Below the pieces are notes generated by a model. That model was not told where the DNA came from and made no database searches. It was given only the letters and a program-made list of their open reading frames with translations. Below are positions 27,987 through 37,694 of a stretch of 64,000 nt of DNA, piece after piece. The translations under genes were made by a program, and so were the position numbers. The first letter of the stretch is position 1. Every line of letters begins with the position of its first letter. Origin of the DNA: a virus; the IMG/VR virus record IMGVR_UViG_3300028374_000008, positions 37,887-101,886 of that record, one strand, 5' to 3'.

Positions 27987-28442
27987 TTAGCCTGTCGGCT
28001 GTGCAGGAAGCAGAAGTTGCAGCACTTCGCCGGCCTGATTTGTGATCAAAACGGACGCCTCAAACCCTAAGCCGTCCGCCTCAAAAATTAAAGAGACAAG
28101 CTCAGCATCTTGAAGAGCCTCTCGATCGTTGGGCGGCGGGTTGTCTGCCTGGAGGGCGAGCAGAATTTCGTTAGCCTGAGAAATGGACGCCCGTACAACT
28201 TCCTGAATCTCTGCGCGATCAGAAATATTCGAGCCAATGAGAGCGGGGAATTGGGTACCGTAGTTAGCGTCCGATAAGTCGGTGCCCTCCAACGTTAGAA
28301 AGGCTTTTGCCCATCGATTAATGAGTTTCTGAAACCCCTTTACGCCGATGGTTTTGTCGAACCCAAAGGTGTACGTGCCTGCCTGAACACTTTGTTCGTC
28401 AGCGGGTAGGAGCTCAATGTACGTATCAAATGTAGCGGCCAT
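27987..28442 (-). CDS. gp25/GPW-like baseplate protein
   Basis: G.QKLI....K.FLT..G.D.....YGT..P.LIG motif; position in the module. Confidence 0.75.
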   Translation of the reverse strand: MAATFDTYIELLPADEQSVQAGTYTFGFDKTIGVKGFQKLINRWAKAFLTLEGTDLSDANYGTQFPALIGSNISDRAEIQEVVRASISQANEILLALQADNPPPNDREALQDAELVSLIFEADGLGFEASVLITNQAGEVLQLLLPAQPTG

Positions 28443-30100
28443 CAGCTGCCTCCTGTGTCAGGGGTACGAATTGCCCCCTCACCTAAAGCTACGGTCTCGT
28501 TTAGCTTACGCTCTCGCTCTCCGATCTGCACCTCTTCAGCTTTCCACAGGTCTTTACGCGAGGCTGCACCCAGGGCTGCACCGCGAGAGGCTGCCGCCAC
28601 TGCGTTGTACGAGGTTTGGGCGTTGCGTGCCAGTCCCTGTGTCTCTGCCTGCAGTACAGTTTTTGCCGAGCTGTCCCGTGCCTCGGACAAACCACGCGCG
28701 GCTGCACTCCTAAATTCTTGTGTGTCAGAAGGAAGGGGCGCGCCTTGCAAAATCGCTACCGGGTTGAGCGGTACGTTTGCGGCGTTGGAACGCGGGCTGC
28801 CTGAGAACGACCCGCCCTCTAGCACGCCTTTGTTGATTCGGATTTCAAAGTGCAAGTGAGGTGTACGTACAGCGTTGTGGTCCGGTACAAGCCGCCCGTC
28901 GTCGGTTTTCCTTCCTTCTGTTGTGCCTGCCAGACCCACGACGCCTGTCACCGTCCCAAGCTGCTGACGCGTGATCGTGTCGCCCACCTCTACGTTTAGG
29001 GCTTGTAAGTGGGCGTACCGAGATGTCAGACCACCTTCGTGCTGCATGTAAACGACGAAGCCGTAGGTGCTGCTGAGCGACGCGCGTACGACTTCGCCCG
29101 GGGCGAATGCGTAGACAAACTGGTCTGGGTCACTACGTGTGTCGAGGTCCACGCCTTTGTGGCGTCGTGTAATCAGGTTGCCGTTCTCGTCGCGCCCAAG
29201 CTTTTTTGGGTTACGCCCGCCGCCTACGGAGGTTGAACGGCTTTTGGCAAACGGCGACAGTATGTCGATGATATTGAGCGGCCAGATGAAGTCTTCTGGC
29301 TGGTCATCGTTGAAGTTGAGCGTGTAAAACTTCAACTGCGCGTCGCCTAAAATATAACCCACACGGCGTGGGCGCCCAATCTGACGTGGGTCCCCGTTCG
29401 AAGGCATCGACGGGTCGACGTAGCCATTGAGCGCGGTCTTGTAGTTTCCGTTGATGTACTTGGCAAAGGATCCTTGCGTCTGTTGCGCGGCCCCCGCCAC
29501 GGCACTGACTGAAAGTGATCCGCCAGACGTTGCAAAACATTTGGGGCGCGCGTCACCGGCAGGCACGCTGGGCCGGCTGTTCGACCCCGGCACAACATCG
29601 GAGGTGGGAGACAAAGACGCGTCCCCGCCCGACCAGTACGACGCCTCACGCTTGAACCTGCGCAAGTAGATGAGCGGGGAGCCTCCCCAGCGGGAAGCCA
29701 GGAAGCTGTCTGCTGCCTCGAGCCCTTCTGTACGCAAAAGCCTCTTGTAGGCGTCTACTGTTCCGGGGCCGCCTTTCCACAGAAGAGCCATGAGCTCTCG
29801 GTCGTAGCCGTGGAACTGGCGGTAGCGTTCTTGGTAGAGGAAGAAGGCGCGGATCGACGCCCTCCCGTCGCCGTCAAAGTCAGAGTTAACAGCGCCTACG
29901 TCGGTGGCGTTGTCCTCGCCGATCTGGAGCAGTCCGTAGTACTGAGAGTCTTCACGGCGCGCACTGGGGTCGCCGTTGGACTCGATGTCGATGAGCGCTA
30001 AGAGCAACCAATCGGGGTACTGAGACTCCGGCAGGTTAACATCGTTCGCACGCACGCTTCGGATGACTTTGCGCCATCGTTTGACGTTTTCTTTCGACAT
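28442..30100 (-). CDS. Tail-associated lysin: lytic transglycosylase (SLT-like) plus M23 peptidase
   Basis: IDIESNGDP..YYGLLQI (SLT); HKGVD, YAHL, PHLHFEI (M23). Confidence 0.85.
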   Translation of the reverse strand: MSKENVKRWRKVIRSVRANDVNLPESQYPDWLLLALIDIESNGDPSARREDSQYYGLLQIGEDNATDVGAVNSDFDGDGRASIRAFFLYQERYRQFHGYDRELMALLWKGGPGTVDAYKRLLRTEGLEAADSFLASRWGGSPLIYLRRFKREASYWSGGDASLSPTSDVVPGSNSRPSVPAGDARPKCFATSGGSLSVSAVAGAAQQTQGSFAKYINGNYKTALNGYVDPSMPSNGDPRQIGRPRRVGYILGDAQLKFYTLNFNDDQPEDFIWPLNIIDILSPFAKSRSTSVGGGRNPKKLGRDENGNLITRRHKGVDLDTRSDPDQFVYAFAPGEVVRASLSSTYGFVVYMQHEGGLTSRYAHLQALNVEVGDTITRQQLGTVTGVVGLAGTTEGRKTDDGRLVPDHNAVRTPHLHFEIRINKGVLEGGSFSGSPRSNAANVPLNPVAILQGAPLPSDTQEFRSAAARGLSEARDSSAKTVLQAETQGLARNAQTSYNAVAAASRGAALGAASRKDLWKAEEVQIGERERKLNETVALGEGAIRTPDTGGS

Positions 30101-30113
30101 GGGGGATCACTCG

Positions 30114-31205
30114 TCAGTCCAACAACGAGTCGATCTTATCGATAATCTTGCGTTTTCGGTAGGACAACTGCCCTTGCGACAGCCCTGTCTTGCTCATGAT
30201 CTTCGGGTTCGACAAGATAGGCTTGCCTGAGTAGCCCGTTGAGTGCTCAAAGATAATCTTATCGATCGGGTCCATGTCGTAGTAAATCATGTCGACCATG
30301 CCGTCTTGGGAGCCGGACGCCCACACAGATTGCTGCTCGAACATGTCACCGCCAAAGTCTTCTGACTCGATGAACTCAGGGCGCATCGTCTGTTGGACCT
30401 CATTGAGCTTGCCCGGCGACCACCCTAAGTGGTCGGATAGCTCGTCGTTGGTGGGCTCTCTGCCCATGCGGTCCATGATTTCGCGTTGGCCTCGCATGTA
30501 CGAGTGGATCTTAAGCTTCTTGTACTCGGGAACACGCACGGCATCCTGGTGCGTGTACACCGCTCGAGAGAGCTTTTGAAGACGATTCATGATGTGAGTG
30601 GAGAGTGCGGCGCCCGCGTTAGGGTCATACGATTTTATCGCCTCGAGCGCAAGTCGTTTGCCCTTTGACTCGAGTACCGGACGTGCGATCGCGCCTGACC
30701 ATTTGTTGACCTGAGACTGGACGAGCGGCTCGACCTGTTGCATCAGGGGCTGCAGCGTCATGGGGCCCGGGTTTTTCTTGTAGGCTTCCCAGAGCTCGAT
30801 GTCTTTGTCTTTTCGTGCTGATGATGTCTTTTCCACCTCATCCTCCGGTCTGAACTCCACGTTGCGCATGTACTTCCCGCCGTCATCTCCTTTGCGTGGG
30901 TCGTCTGTCTCGCCGGTCGCCTGTGCGTCGAACCACTGCGTGCGTGACTTTCCGGGGACGACGGTGTCCTTCTTGTCTGACGGCGTGACGTTCTTAACCG
31001 TGACGCCTGTCTCTTCAGCGACCTCGCGTTCTGCTGCCTGCGCCGCTGTTTCCCCTGGGTCAATGCCTCCGCCGGGTGTCTTCGGCGTGTCCGGTTTGCC
31101 CGGCCATGTCCCAGACAGCACGTTGCCGTCACCGTCGCGGACGAGTACTTCGGCGCGCTGCCTTAGCTTGGCACGCACTTTGTCTGCCGCGGCTTTACTC
31201 AGCAT
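30114..31205 (-). CDS. Nudix hydrolase fused to a sigma-70-like factor
   Basis: Nudix box GGIDPGETAAQAAEREVAEETG; sigma-like EAIKSYDPNAGAALSTH, REPTNDELSDHLGW and C-terminal HTH. Confidence 0.8.
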   Translation of the reverse strand: MLSKAAADKVRAKLRQRAEVLVRDGDGNVLSGTWPGKPDTPKTPGGGIDPGETAAQAAEREVAEETGVTVKNVTPSDKKDTVVPGKSRTQWFDAQATGETDDPRKGDDGGKYMRNVEFRPEDEVEKTSSARKDKDIELWEAYKKNPGPMTLQPLMQQVEPLVQSQVNKWSGAIARPVLESKGKRLALEAIKSYDPNAGAALSTHIMNRLQKLSRAVYTHQDAVRVPEYKKLKIHSYMRGQREIMDRMGREPTNDELSDHLGWSPGKLNEVQQTMRPEFIESEDFGGDMFEQQSVWASGSQDGMVDMIYYDMDPIDKIIFEHSTGYSGKPILSNPKIMSKTGLSQGQLSYRKRKIIDKIDSLLD

Positions 31206-31216
31206 GGGTTATTCAC

Positions 31217-31596
31217 TCACGTATATGGATTCAATCCAAACGTATCCGCGATGGGATGGCTGTCTGCCCAAGCGTCTGGCAAGTAGTCCGTAGACTTCAG
31301 TGCGCCTGCCACCCCACCTGCGGGAGCACCTAATCCCATTCCTGCAAGCGCTGCATCATCCATACGGATGCGGCCACGACTTGCCAGGCTTGCTAAGGCG
31401 CCCAGCCCTGCGCCCAGCCCCCACCTGCTGCGCCACCTCCCAGGGCGGTTCCAAACGTCTTGCCTCCCAGGACAGCCGCATCTTCGCTGCTTACAGGCAT
31501 CATGCTTAGTACCTGCTGATCCACAGGGCCCAGTCCGTAAGCTGTTTTAAGCCCCGCGACCTTCATCGTACGATTGTATCCGTTTTCAAAACTCAT
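31217..31596 (-). pseudogene. Gly-zipper protein with conserved leader; frameshifted at a G5 run
   Basis: The ORF-track version stops at 31393; adding one G at 31418-31422 continues LGAGLGALASLASRG...NPYT* to 31217. Confidence 0.65.
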
Positions 31597-32027
31597 CAGT
31601 CTTCTCCAAAGTTGGTGCCCAGACCGTAGGCAGCGAACGGCGTAGCCACTGCGCCTGCTCCTACGCCTACATCTTTAAGGGCTTCGTTTCGTGCTGTGCG
31701 TGCGGTGCCAGCAGCCTCCTGGCTACGTAAAGACCGACTAAGTGCGTCGCGTACCGGAATGCGTGGGTCACCCGCGCGCTCAAGCGTTGTTGCCTGCTGA
31801 AGCGCTTTGTGCATTTTTTCTGGGCGCTCAACGACATAGTCATCTTTGCCCTTCCACGTGCGAACGGCCTGCGCGGCGTCGGCGCTAGCAGACTGTGCTG
31901 TTTCTGCCGCTTCACGCATGGCTTTTTGTTTTGCAGGGAGCTCCATCAGCGACGCCGGCGCGCGCATAAGTCTGTCTATGACGCCGGCGCATTTCATCGT
32001 TCGGTTGTATCCGTCCTCGAAGCTCAT
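31596..32027 (-). CDS. Leader-family protein (MSFEDGYNRTMKCAG)
   Basis: 143 aa with the shared N-terminal motif. Confidence 0.8.
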   Translation of the reverse strand: MSFEDGYNRTMKCAGVIDRLMRAPASLMELPAKQKAMREAAETAQSASADAAQAVRTWKGKDDYVVERPEKMHKALQQATTLERAGDPRIPVRDALSRSLRSQEAAGTARTARNEALKDVGVGAGAVATPFAAYGLGTNFGED

Positions 32028-32030
32028 CGT

Positions 32031-32978
32031 TTACTCCGTAAACTTATTCTTGAGACGCGCCCACGGTGTTGTGTCTCGTTCCGTCTGGCGCCCCGCGCCG
32101 TACTGGTAGAACGCACCGCCTGCTCCAACGGCGCCACCCAGTCCCAGCTGCGTAAGCCCGCTGTTGTACTGCCTATTTAAGGAAGGCATGACTTCTTGTG
32201 CCAACTGCCTCCCTTTCGGCGTGGCGCTGATGCGTCGGATTTGTTCAGGATCTGCCTTCTCGACGACCTCGCGAAGTGAGCCCAGCGCCTGCTCTGTTTC
32301 TTGTCCCGCTATGTCGCCTGCACGCCCTGCTGCTTGCTGGCCGGGACCGGATGCTGCTGCGCGTTCTGCTGCGCGTCTCGCCGTCTGGCTGCCTGTAGCC
32401 TCTTCGACGATCTTCCCCGGGTTAGCCGCAGCGGCTTGTGCGCGTTGCGCCACTTCTCTGCGTGCAGTCGGGGTGACGCGGTCAAGCCCTGACGCGACTT
32501 GCTGCGGAGTAATTCCTTTTGTTTCCCCAAGATACAACAGCGCTTGTTGTTCACGGTTCGACAGACCTTCGCCGCCGTCTGCCACGCGTGACAATCCTTT
32601 TCGCGCCTTCCGGCCTTCTATGACGGACTTCACAGGCTGCTTAAATCCTTTCACGCCTGCACTAAGAGCCTCACCTAAGCGGCGCCCCATCCCGCCGCGA
32701 GCGCCAGCAAACCCTTTCATGGCATTCTCGACCCCGTAGATTGCTGACGGCACCAGAAGAGAACCGCCTACAACGCCACCTGCGGTGCCGATACCGCGTT
32801 TAAGTGCGTGTTCGCCCTCAGACAAATCAGCACGCTCTGCCCGCAGGCCGTACTCGTTCGTCCAAGCACCAAACGGGTCCAGCCCCGCCAGGAAATCTTG
32901 CGCGTAGTTCGACGGCGCTGCGCTCTTGGTGAGCCCAGCCAGCTTCATCGTACGGCTGTAGCCATTGTCAAAGCTCAT
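32031..32978 (-). CDS. Leader-family Gly/Ala-rich protein (MSFDNGYSRTMKLAGL)
   Basis: 315 aa with glycine-zipper segments. Confidence 0.8.
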   Translation of the reverse strand: MSFDNGYSRTMKLAGLTKSAAPSNYAQDFLAGLDPFGAWTNEYGLRAERADLSEGEHALKRGIGTAGGVVGGSLLVPSAIYGVENAMKGFAGARGGMGRRLGEALSAGVKGFKQPVKSVIEGRKARKGLSRVADGGEGLSNREQQALLYLGETKGITPQQVASGLDRVTPTARREVAQRAQAAAANPGKIVEEATGSQTARRAAERAAASGPGQQAAGRAGDIAGQETEQALGSLREVVEKADPEQIRRISATPKGRQLAQEVMPSLNRQYNSGLTQLGLGGAVGAGGAFYQYGAGRQTERDTTPWARLKNKFTE

Positions 32979-33828
32979 CCGAAAGTCCTTTTATCTTGAC
33001 CCAAGTGGACCCTTCGTTCGCAACAGCGTGGCCGGCACCGTACTGCACAAGATTGCTGAGCGTGTTCACCCCCGCGCCTAACGCTCCGCCCATCAAAGCA
33101 CCCTTTAGACCCCGCTTTAAGTACTTCTCTTTGTCGATGAGCTTGATCGCGTTAGATAAGCCGCGCCCGTCGATTACAGCATCGAAGGCGTCACCCATAG
33201 CCGCGCGGTGTCCTCGCCCGATATTGTCGATGGCCGCATCCAGTCCTTCGTCCTTAATCGTACGCGCGGTGCCTGCCAACGATTGACCCGTGAGCGCGCG
33301 GTACTGTCCTCCCGCAAGCGCGCTTGCTCCCGCTGCCGTGCCAAGTCCTGACAGCGCCACAGGCCCTAAGTACGAACGGTCCTGCACTTTGGCGACCGTC
33401 CCCATCGTGTAGGGGTCGGAAGGGTCAACGCCAATCTCGTAGTTGGCCGCCTTGGTAGCCCCGCGTATTAGGCCTGGCGCCGCTCCCGCCGCCGCTCCTA
33501 TGGCCCCGCCTTTGAGCGCTGCTAAGCCCGACTCAAAAAGGCCCTTGTTCCGGTCTTCAAACGACTTTCCCGTGAGAGCGCGCATGGTCCCGCGTTCCGC
33601 CATGCCGGGTTTTTTATACCCCGTGATTCTCTCCCCGATATTTAGCGACCCTGAAGGCGCCATGGAACGGCGGTAGCCTTTGTTTACAGCAGCGTTATGC
33701 CCCAGTACGCCTCCAACTGCTCCAATACCCGCACCAGTGAGCGCGGTAACGACCGACGCCTCTTTCGTCAGCCCTGCGACCTTGAGTGTTCGGGTGTACC
33801 CATGTGTGTACGAGTCAGATCTCATCAT
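32968..33828 (-). CDS. Leader-family glycine-zipper protein (SYTHGYTRTLKVAGL)
   Basis: Several GxxxG hydrophobic segments. Confidence 0.8.
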   Translation of the reverse strand: MMRSDSYTHGYTRTLKVAGLTKEASVVTALTGAGIGAVGGVLGHNAAVNKGYRRSMAPSGSLNIGERITGYKKPGMAERGTMRALTGKSFEDRNKGLFESGLAALKGGAIGAAAGAAPGLIRGATKAANYEIGVDPSDPYTMGTVAKVQDRSYLGPVALSGLGTAAGASALAGGQYRALTGQSLAGTARTIKDEGLDAAIDNIGRGHRAAMGDAFDAVIDGRGLSNAIKLIDKEKYLKRGLKGALMGGALGAGVNTLSNLVQYGAGHAVANEGSTWVKIKGLSDEL

Positions 33829-34975
33829 ATACCTCTTGTCCTGCCATAGTAGCCCCACCGGTACCTACGCCTGTTGCGACGCCACCTGCTAACGACTCTG
33901 GAACACCGCGCCGCCCTGTCGCCAAGTTGCGTAATTTGCGGGACACGACGGGGTTCATCAATGTGCCGGGAACAGGGTTCGACTCAATCAATTTAAACGA
34001 CCCGTCAGGCAGCTCTGCTACGTCCAGTGCTTGGTGCAAATGTTCAGTAGACCCCACGGGCCCCTCTTCGGCGAGACCCTTCAGCGACTCTCGAACAAAC
34101 TGGTGCATTCGCTCACGCTTGCCCCCCGTCACAGGCAAGTGGGCAAAGCCACCTTCCCCTGCGCCGACCGCAGAGGACACTGAGTTCCACGTGTCGCGCA
34201 TCCGTCCTTCCGGCATGCGCCGATACGTCGCGGTGAACGGTTCCGTGTTAAGCGCGTGCACGCGGTATTCATTCTTAATCGGAATCTTTTCCTGGACGAC
34301 AAAGCCAGTCGGGTTGTCGAGCGCTTCGCGTACCGAACGCGCGTTGTCAGGTGTGGTCTCTTGCACAAAGTCGTCAATGGACCCTAGTGACCCCGTTGAC
34401 GGCTTGATGACGTAGCCGCGGTCTCCGAAGTGACGTTTGAGGCCGTCGTAGTCTCCGTACTGCCGCATAGCCTGGTCAAGGCGATACGTCTCGGGCAAGG
34501 CGTCCGGGGCGACCTGGCGCATTACTGCGTCGAAGTTTGCTTTGTCAGAGAGGGGCCCGGGAAGCGCGCCAGCGTTGATGTTTACGTCACCTTCCACTGG
34601 CAGCCCGTACCCATGGTGCAGCACTGCTTTTCCTGGTCGGGCGTATCTGCCGCCGCTCTCCCGCACCGCGTCAACCATGTCGGCGGATACATCTTTTCCG
34701 CCGAAGATATGTCGTCTAATGTTTGCAGCCTGGGGCGAGCCTGTCGCGAACTCAAGCGCGCGGTCGCCGATCTGCTCTTGCAGCGCGCGTACTGTGGGGT
34801 TGTCGTGCAGCCGCTTGCGCATCAAGTACGGCGTCGCCAACGCTGCCGTACCCGCTCCTACGGCGGACGGGATCGCGTAGTCTGGCTCATCGCGCCCTGT
34901 GACTGCGTCGATATAGTCTGACAGCCCCGCCAGCTTGAACGTGCGTCGCACCGCGTTGTCAAAGTGGAGGGTCAT
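33815..34975 (-). CDS. Leader-family ATP-grasp (RimK-like) protein
   Basis: SDKA.F, YVIKPSTGSLG, VVQEKIPIKNEYRVH, LDVA...FKLIESNP. Confidence 0.8.
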   Translation of the reverse strand: MTLHFDNAVRRTFKLAGLSDYIDAVTGRDEPDYAIPSAVGAGTAALATPYLMRKRLHDNPTVRALQEQIGDRALEFATGSPQAANIRRHIFGGKDVSADMVDAVRESGGRYARPGKAVLHHGYGLPVEGDVNINAGALPGPLSDKANFDAVMRQVAPDALPETYRLDQAMRQYGDYDGLKRHFGDRGYVIKPSTGSLGSIDDFVQETTPDNARSVREALDNPTGFVVQEKIPIKNEYRVHALNTEPFTATYRRMPEGRMRDTWNSVSSAVGAGEGGFAHLPVTGGKRERMHQFVRESLKGLAEEGPVGSTEHLHQALDVAELPDGSFKLIESNPVPGTLMNPVVSRKLRNLATGRRGVPESLAGGVATGVGTGGATMAGQEVYDEI

Positions 34976-37239
34976 GCTGGGAAGTCGTTAAGAGATTGAT
35001 AAACGCGACGGCGAAACTTGAGCAGCCGATTCTGCCATGATCTTATCGTATCTGAGTTGATCGGAGTACAGGGATTTCCTTCCGTGTTGACCTGGGGTGG
35101 CTGGCTGTCGGGCCCTTCTTCTAAGTTTAAGATACGAACGTAATAACGCGCGCCCTTTCCTTCCGTTGTGTTCAGCGGACTGCGTACGCCTTCACGAACA
35201 CCGAGTGAGCCTTGTGCTTCAATCCACTGATCGAGCGTCGTAATAGGACGTGATGCGTAACTAAAAGCGGCGCCGGGGTCCGTAAGCATTTGGCGGTACG
35301 CTGACCGTATCTTAAAGTCAGGTGCTTCTCCTGTACTGCGGTCGGATACAAGCTTGAGCTTCTTCGGCTCGTCGTTGGGGTCAGACGATGGGATGTGTGC
35401 AAGCAGGTCGGCGTTGAGGTCAAGACGTTCGATCGAGCCATCTTCTTTTTGCAGGCCGAATACCTCGAGGAAATCGAAGATGACTCGCGGGTCAATGTCG
35501 TCTCCAGTCTGCCCAAAGAACGCGCGGGCGTAGTACTCGCGCATACCTTTTAGAGTCTGCGTGCGGTCGCGGATGGTGTAGATGGGCTGGCGCGGGGCAC
35601 CCCGGACAAATGTATCGAAGTCGACCGTACGCTCTCCGTCCTCAAACAGGTTGTCCATCATCGTGTCGATGTACTGACTGAGCGTTTGTGCGTGCGTGAA
35701 ATTGACGCTCGTCGACATGCTGTTCTGGCTGAAGCTGTGGGTGACGTTGGTGAAGTACCCAAACACGTGGTTACCCGACGTCTCATTGTCGATGACAATC
35801 CCCGGGAATCCTGGCAGCACATACGGGTTGAAGTGCATCGTTACGCCGCCGTTACGACGTGATGCGCGTGTGCGGAAGTGCTCGTAGCGGACGTACAGCC
35901 GTTGCAGGTTTGCGTTGTACGACTCACGCCCTTCCGTGTCCTTTTCGCCCGACTCCTTTGCCAGGAAGTCGTACCACGTTGGCGTGTCGAGCTGATTGTA
36001 GACGGGCCCCTTGAAGTACTCTTCGGGGGTCAGAAAGTTGTGTATGTTTGAGCCGTCCACCCCCGACGTGTCTTTTGAGGTCATGCGCTGGTTCGCAATC
36101 GCGGGGTAGCCAACTGTCAGCGCACGCGCAGCAAGCGACGCCTGCCCGGACGAGTCCGGCGCGTCCAGATAATTGAAGATGTGGGGGTTGCCCAGGTAGG
36201 ACCGCGTAGGTTGGGTGGCGTAGTTTTCCTCGTAGGAAAATCCTGTCACCATCGAAGGCCACAGCACGTTGCACGCAGGCGGAATGCTGAACAGTGTCTG
36301 TGGTTTGGTCATGTAGCTTGCGATGACCTTTTCTTCGGCGACCCCCGCAGCGTCTTCGCCTGTACCCGTTATGTCTTTTGTTTCTGCGGCTACTTTTAAG
36401 TACGGAGCGGTCGGCATGAACGCCAGCTCGTAGTAGACGTGTTGAAAAATAGACTGGATCAACTTGTAGAACGAGCCATTCGGGATTTGCTCACCGATCC
36501 CCGCGAGCGCTTTAACCGCTGACGCCGATTGTGCTGATTTGAACAAAGGGAACACGCCCCCTGTTCCGCCGCGCAAAGGACCCTGTCCAAGCGTCTTTAA
36601 GGAATCCTCAATGAAAGGTGATGGCACAAACCGGGAAGAAAACTTCGTACGAAAATTCCACGGCGCAAACCACTGTTGCACGATGACCGACTTCTCTGTG
36701 TCGGTGAAGACGCTCCCAAGAAGGTAGTCCAATATGTTTTTGACGAAATCAAATGGGCGCTCAATACGAGTGTCTCCCGAGACGCCGGAGTTGAACAGGG
36801 AGTTGGTGGGCGCGAACGGGTTGACCGCCCCCGTCACATCTGCCCGGTCTACGGAGGCCGCGTTACGCGCGATGTTATTCAGGCTCGTGACGAAGAAGGG
36901 GAACAGGCGCGTCAACGCCTCGATGAAGTCAATGGCGACGAAGTTCATCGAGCGCCCCTGCGACTGGGCGTTGTAGCCGTAGTTTAAGATCTCCCCATCA
37001 AACATCAGACGGAACTGGTCCGGCTCGCGCGTGTTTCGGCTCCGGTACGTATCGAGCGCGAAGATGGTGCACCGAACACGGTCGTCGGCGCCTATGCGTT
37101 GCATGATCTTATCTGCAGGGACCGCTATCTGTGCTTGCGGAATGCCCCACACGCCGAACGACACCGACGCGGAGATCGCAGGGACCTCGATGCCATTAAA
37201 GTAGACGAGCCAACTTCCTCGGTGGTGCAACGCAGACAT
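34972..37239 (-). CDS. Baseplate hub-like tail protein
   Basis: LVYFNGIEVP at the N-terminus, FNPYVLPGFPG..GYFTNVTHSF near the C-terminus; position in the module. Confidence 0.65.
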   Translation of the reverse strand: MSALHHRGSWLVYFNGIEVPAISASVSFGVWGIPQAQIAVPADKIMQRIGADDRVRCTIFALDTYRSRNTREPDQFRLMFDGEILNYGYNAQSQGRSMNFVAIDFIEALTRLFPFFVTSLNNIARNAASVDRADVTGAVNPFAPTNSLFNSGVSGDTRIERPFDFVKNILDYLLGSVFTDTEKSVIVQQWFAPWNFRTKFSSRFVPSPFIEDSLKTLGQGPLRGGTGGVFPLFKSAQSASAVKALAGIGEQIPNGSFYKLIQSIFQHVYYELAFMPTAPYLKVAAETKDITGTGEDAAGVAEEKVIASYMTKPQTLFSIPPACNVLWPSMVTGFSYEENYATQPTRSYLGNPHIFNYLDAPDSSGQASLAARALTVGYPAIANQRMTSKDTSGVDGSNIHNFLTPEEYFKGPVYNQLDTPTWYDFLAKESGEKDTEGRESYNANLQRLYVRYEHFRTRASRRNGGVTMHFNPYVLPGFPGIVIDNETSGNHVFGYFTNVTHSFSQNSMSTSVNFTHAQTLSQYIDTMMDNLFEDGERTVDFDTFVRGAPRQPIYTIRDRTQTLKGMREYYARAFFGQTGDDIDPRVIFDFLEVFGLQKEDGSIERLDLNADLLAHIPSSDPNDEPKKLKLVSDRSTGEAPDFKIRSAYRQMLTDPGAAFSYASRPITTLDQWIEAQGSLGVREGVRSPLNTTEGKGARYYVRILNLEEGPDSQPPQVNTEGNPCTPINSDTIRSWQNRLLKFRRRVYQSLNDFPA

Positions 37240-37694
37240 TAAACCTCCACAATGAACCCATCCTGTGCGAACGCCGCTGTCAGGCAGATACCCGCAGCGA
37301 CGGCAACGCGGTAAAGCGCATTGTCGGAGCGGAAGTTGTCGAGCCACAACCTCTCGACGACTGGGTCGATACCCGCCGTGCGCAGCTCGTTTATCGCTGG
37401 GCGTATCAGACCGTAGCGGGGACTTAGGTCTGTGTCGACATCGATGAGGCGGCGCTTCGTGGAGAATTGAACGTCTGTCACATCGTCAGCAAAGTAGCCC
37501 GAGAAGAGGGCGCCCGGCTCAAACAGCGTAGCGGTCGTAATCAGCGCACGCGCCGCGGTGGGCGGGTTCGTGCCTGTTAAGATGAACCGAAGAAACTCTT
37601 GGCGTAGCCTGTTTGAGTATGGGTAGTTCGGCGTGCCGCTCAAGATGACGTCTTCAATGGCCAGCGTTGTGGGGTCGGTGTCTTCGTACGCCAT
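37239..37694 (-). CDS. Hypothetical tail-module protein
   Basis: Coupled ORF, 151 aa. Confidence 0.7.
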   Translation of the reverse strand: MAYEDTDPTTLAIEDVILSGTPNYPYSNRLRQEFLRFILTGTNPPTAARALITTATLFEPGALFSGYFADDVTDVQFSTKRRLIDVDTDLSPRYGLIRPAINELRTAGIDPVVERLWLDNFRSDNALYRVAVAAGICLTAAFAQDGFIVEV

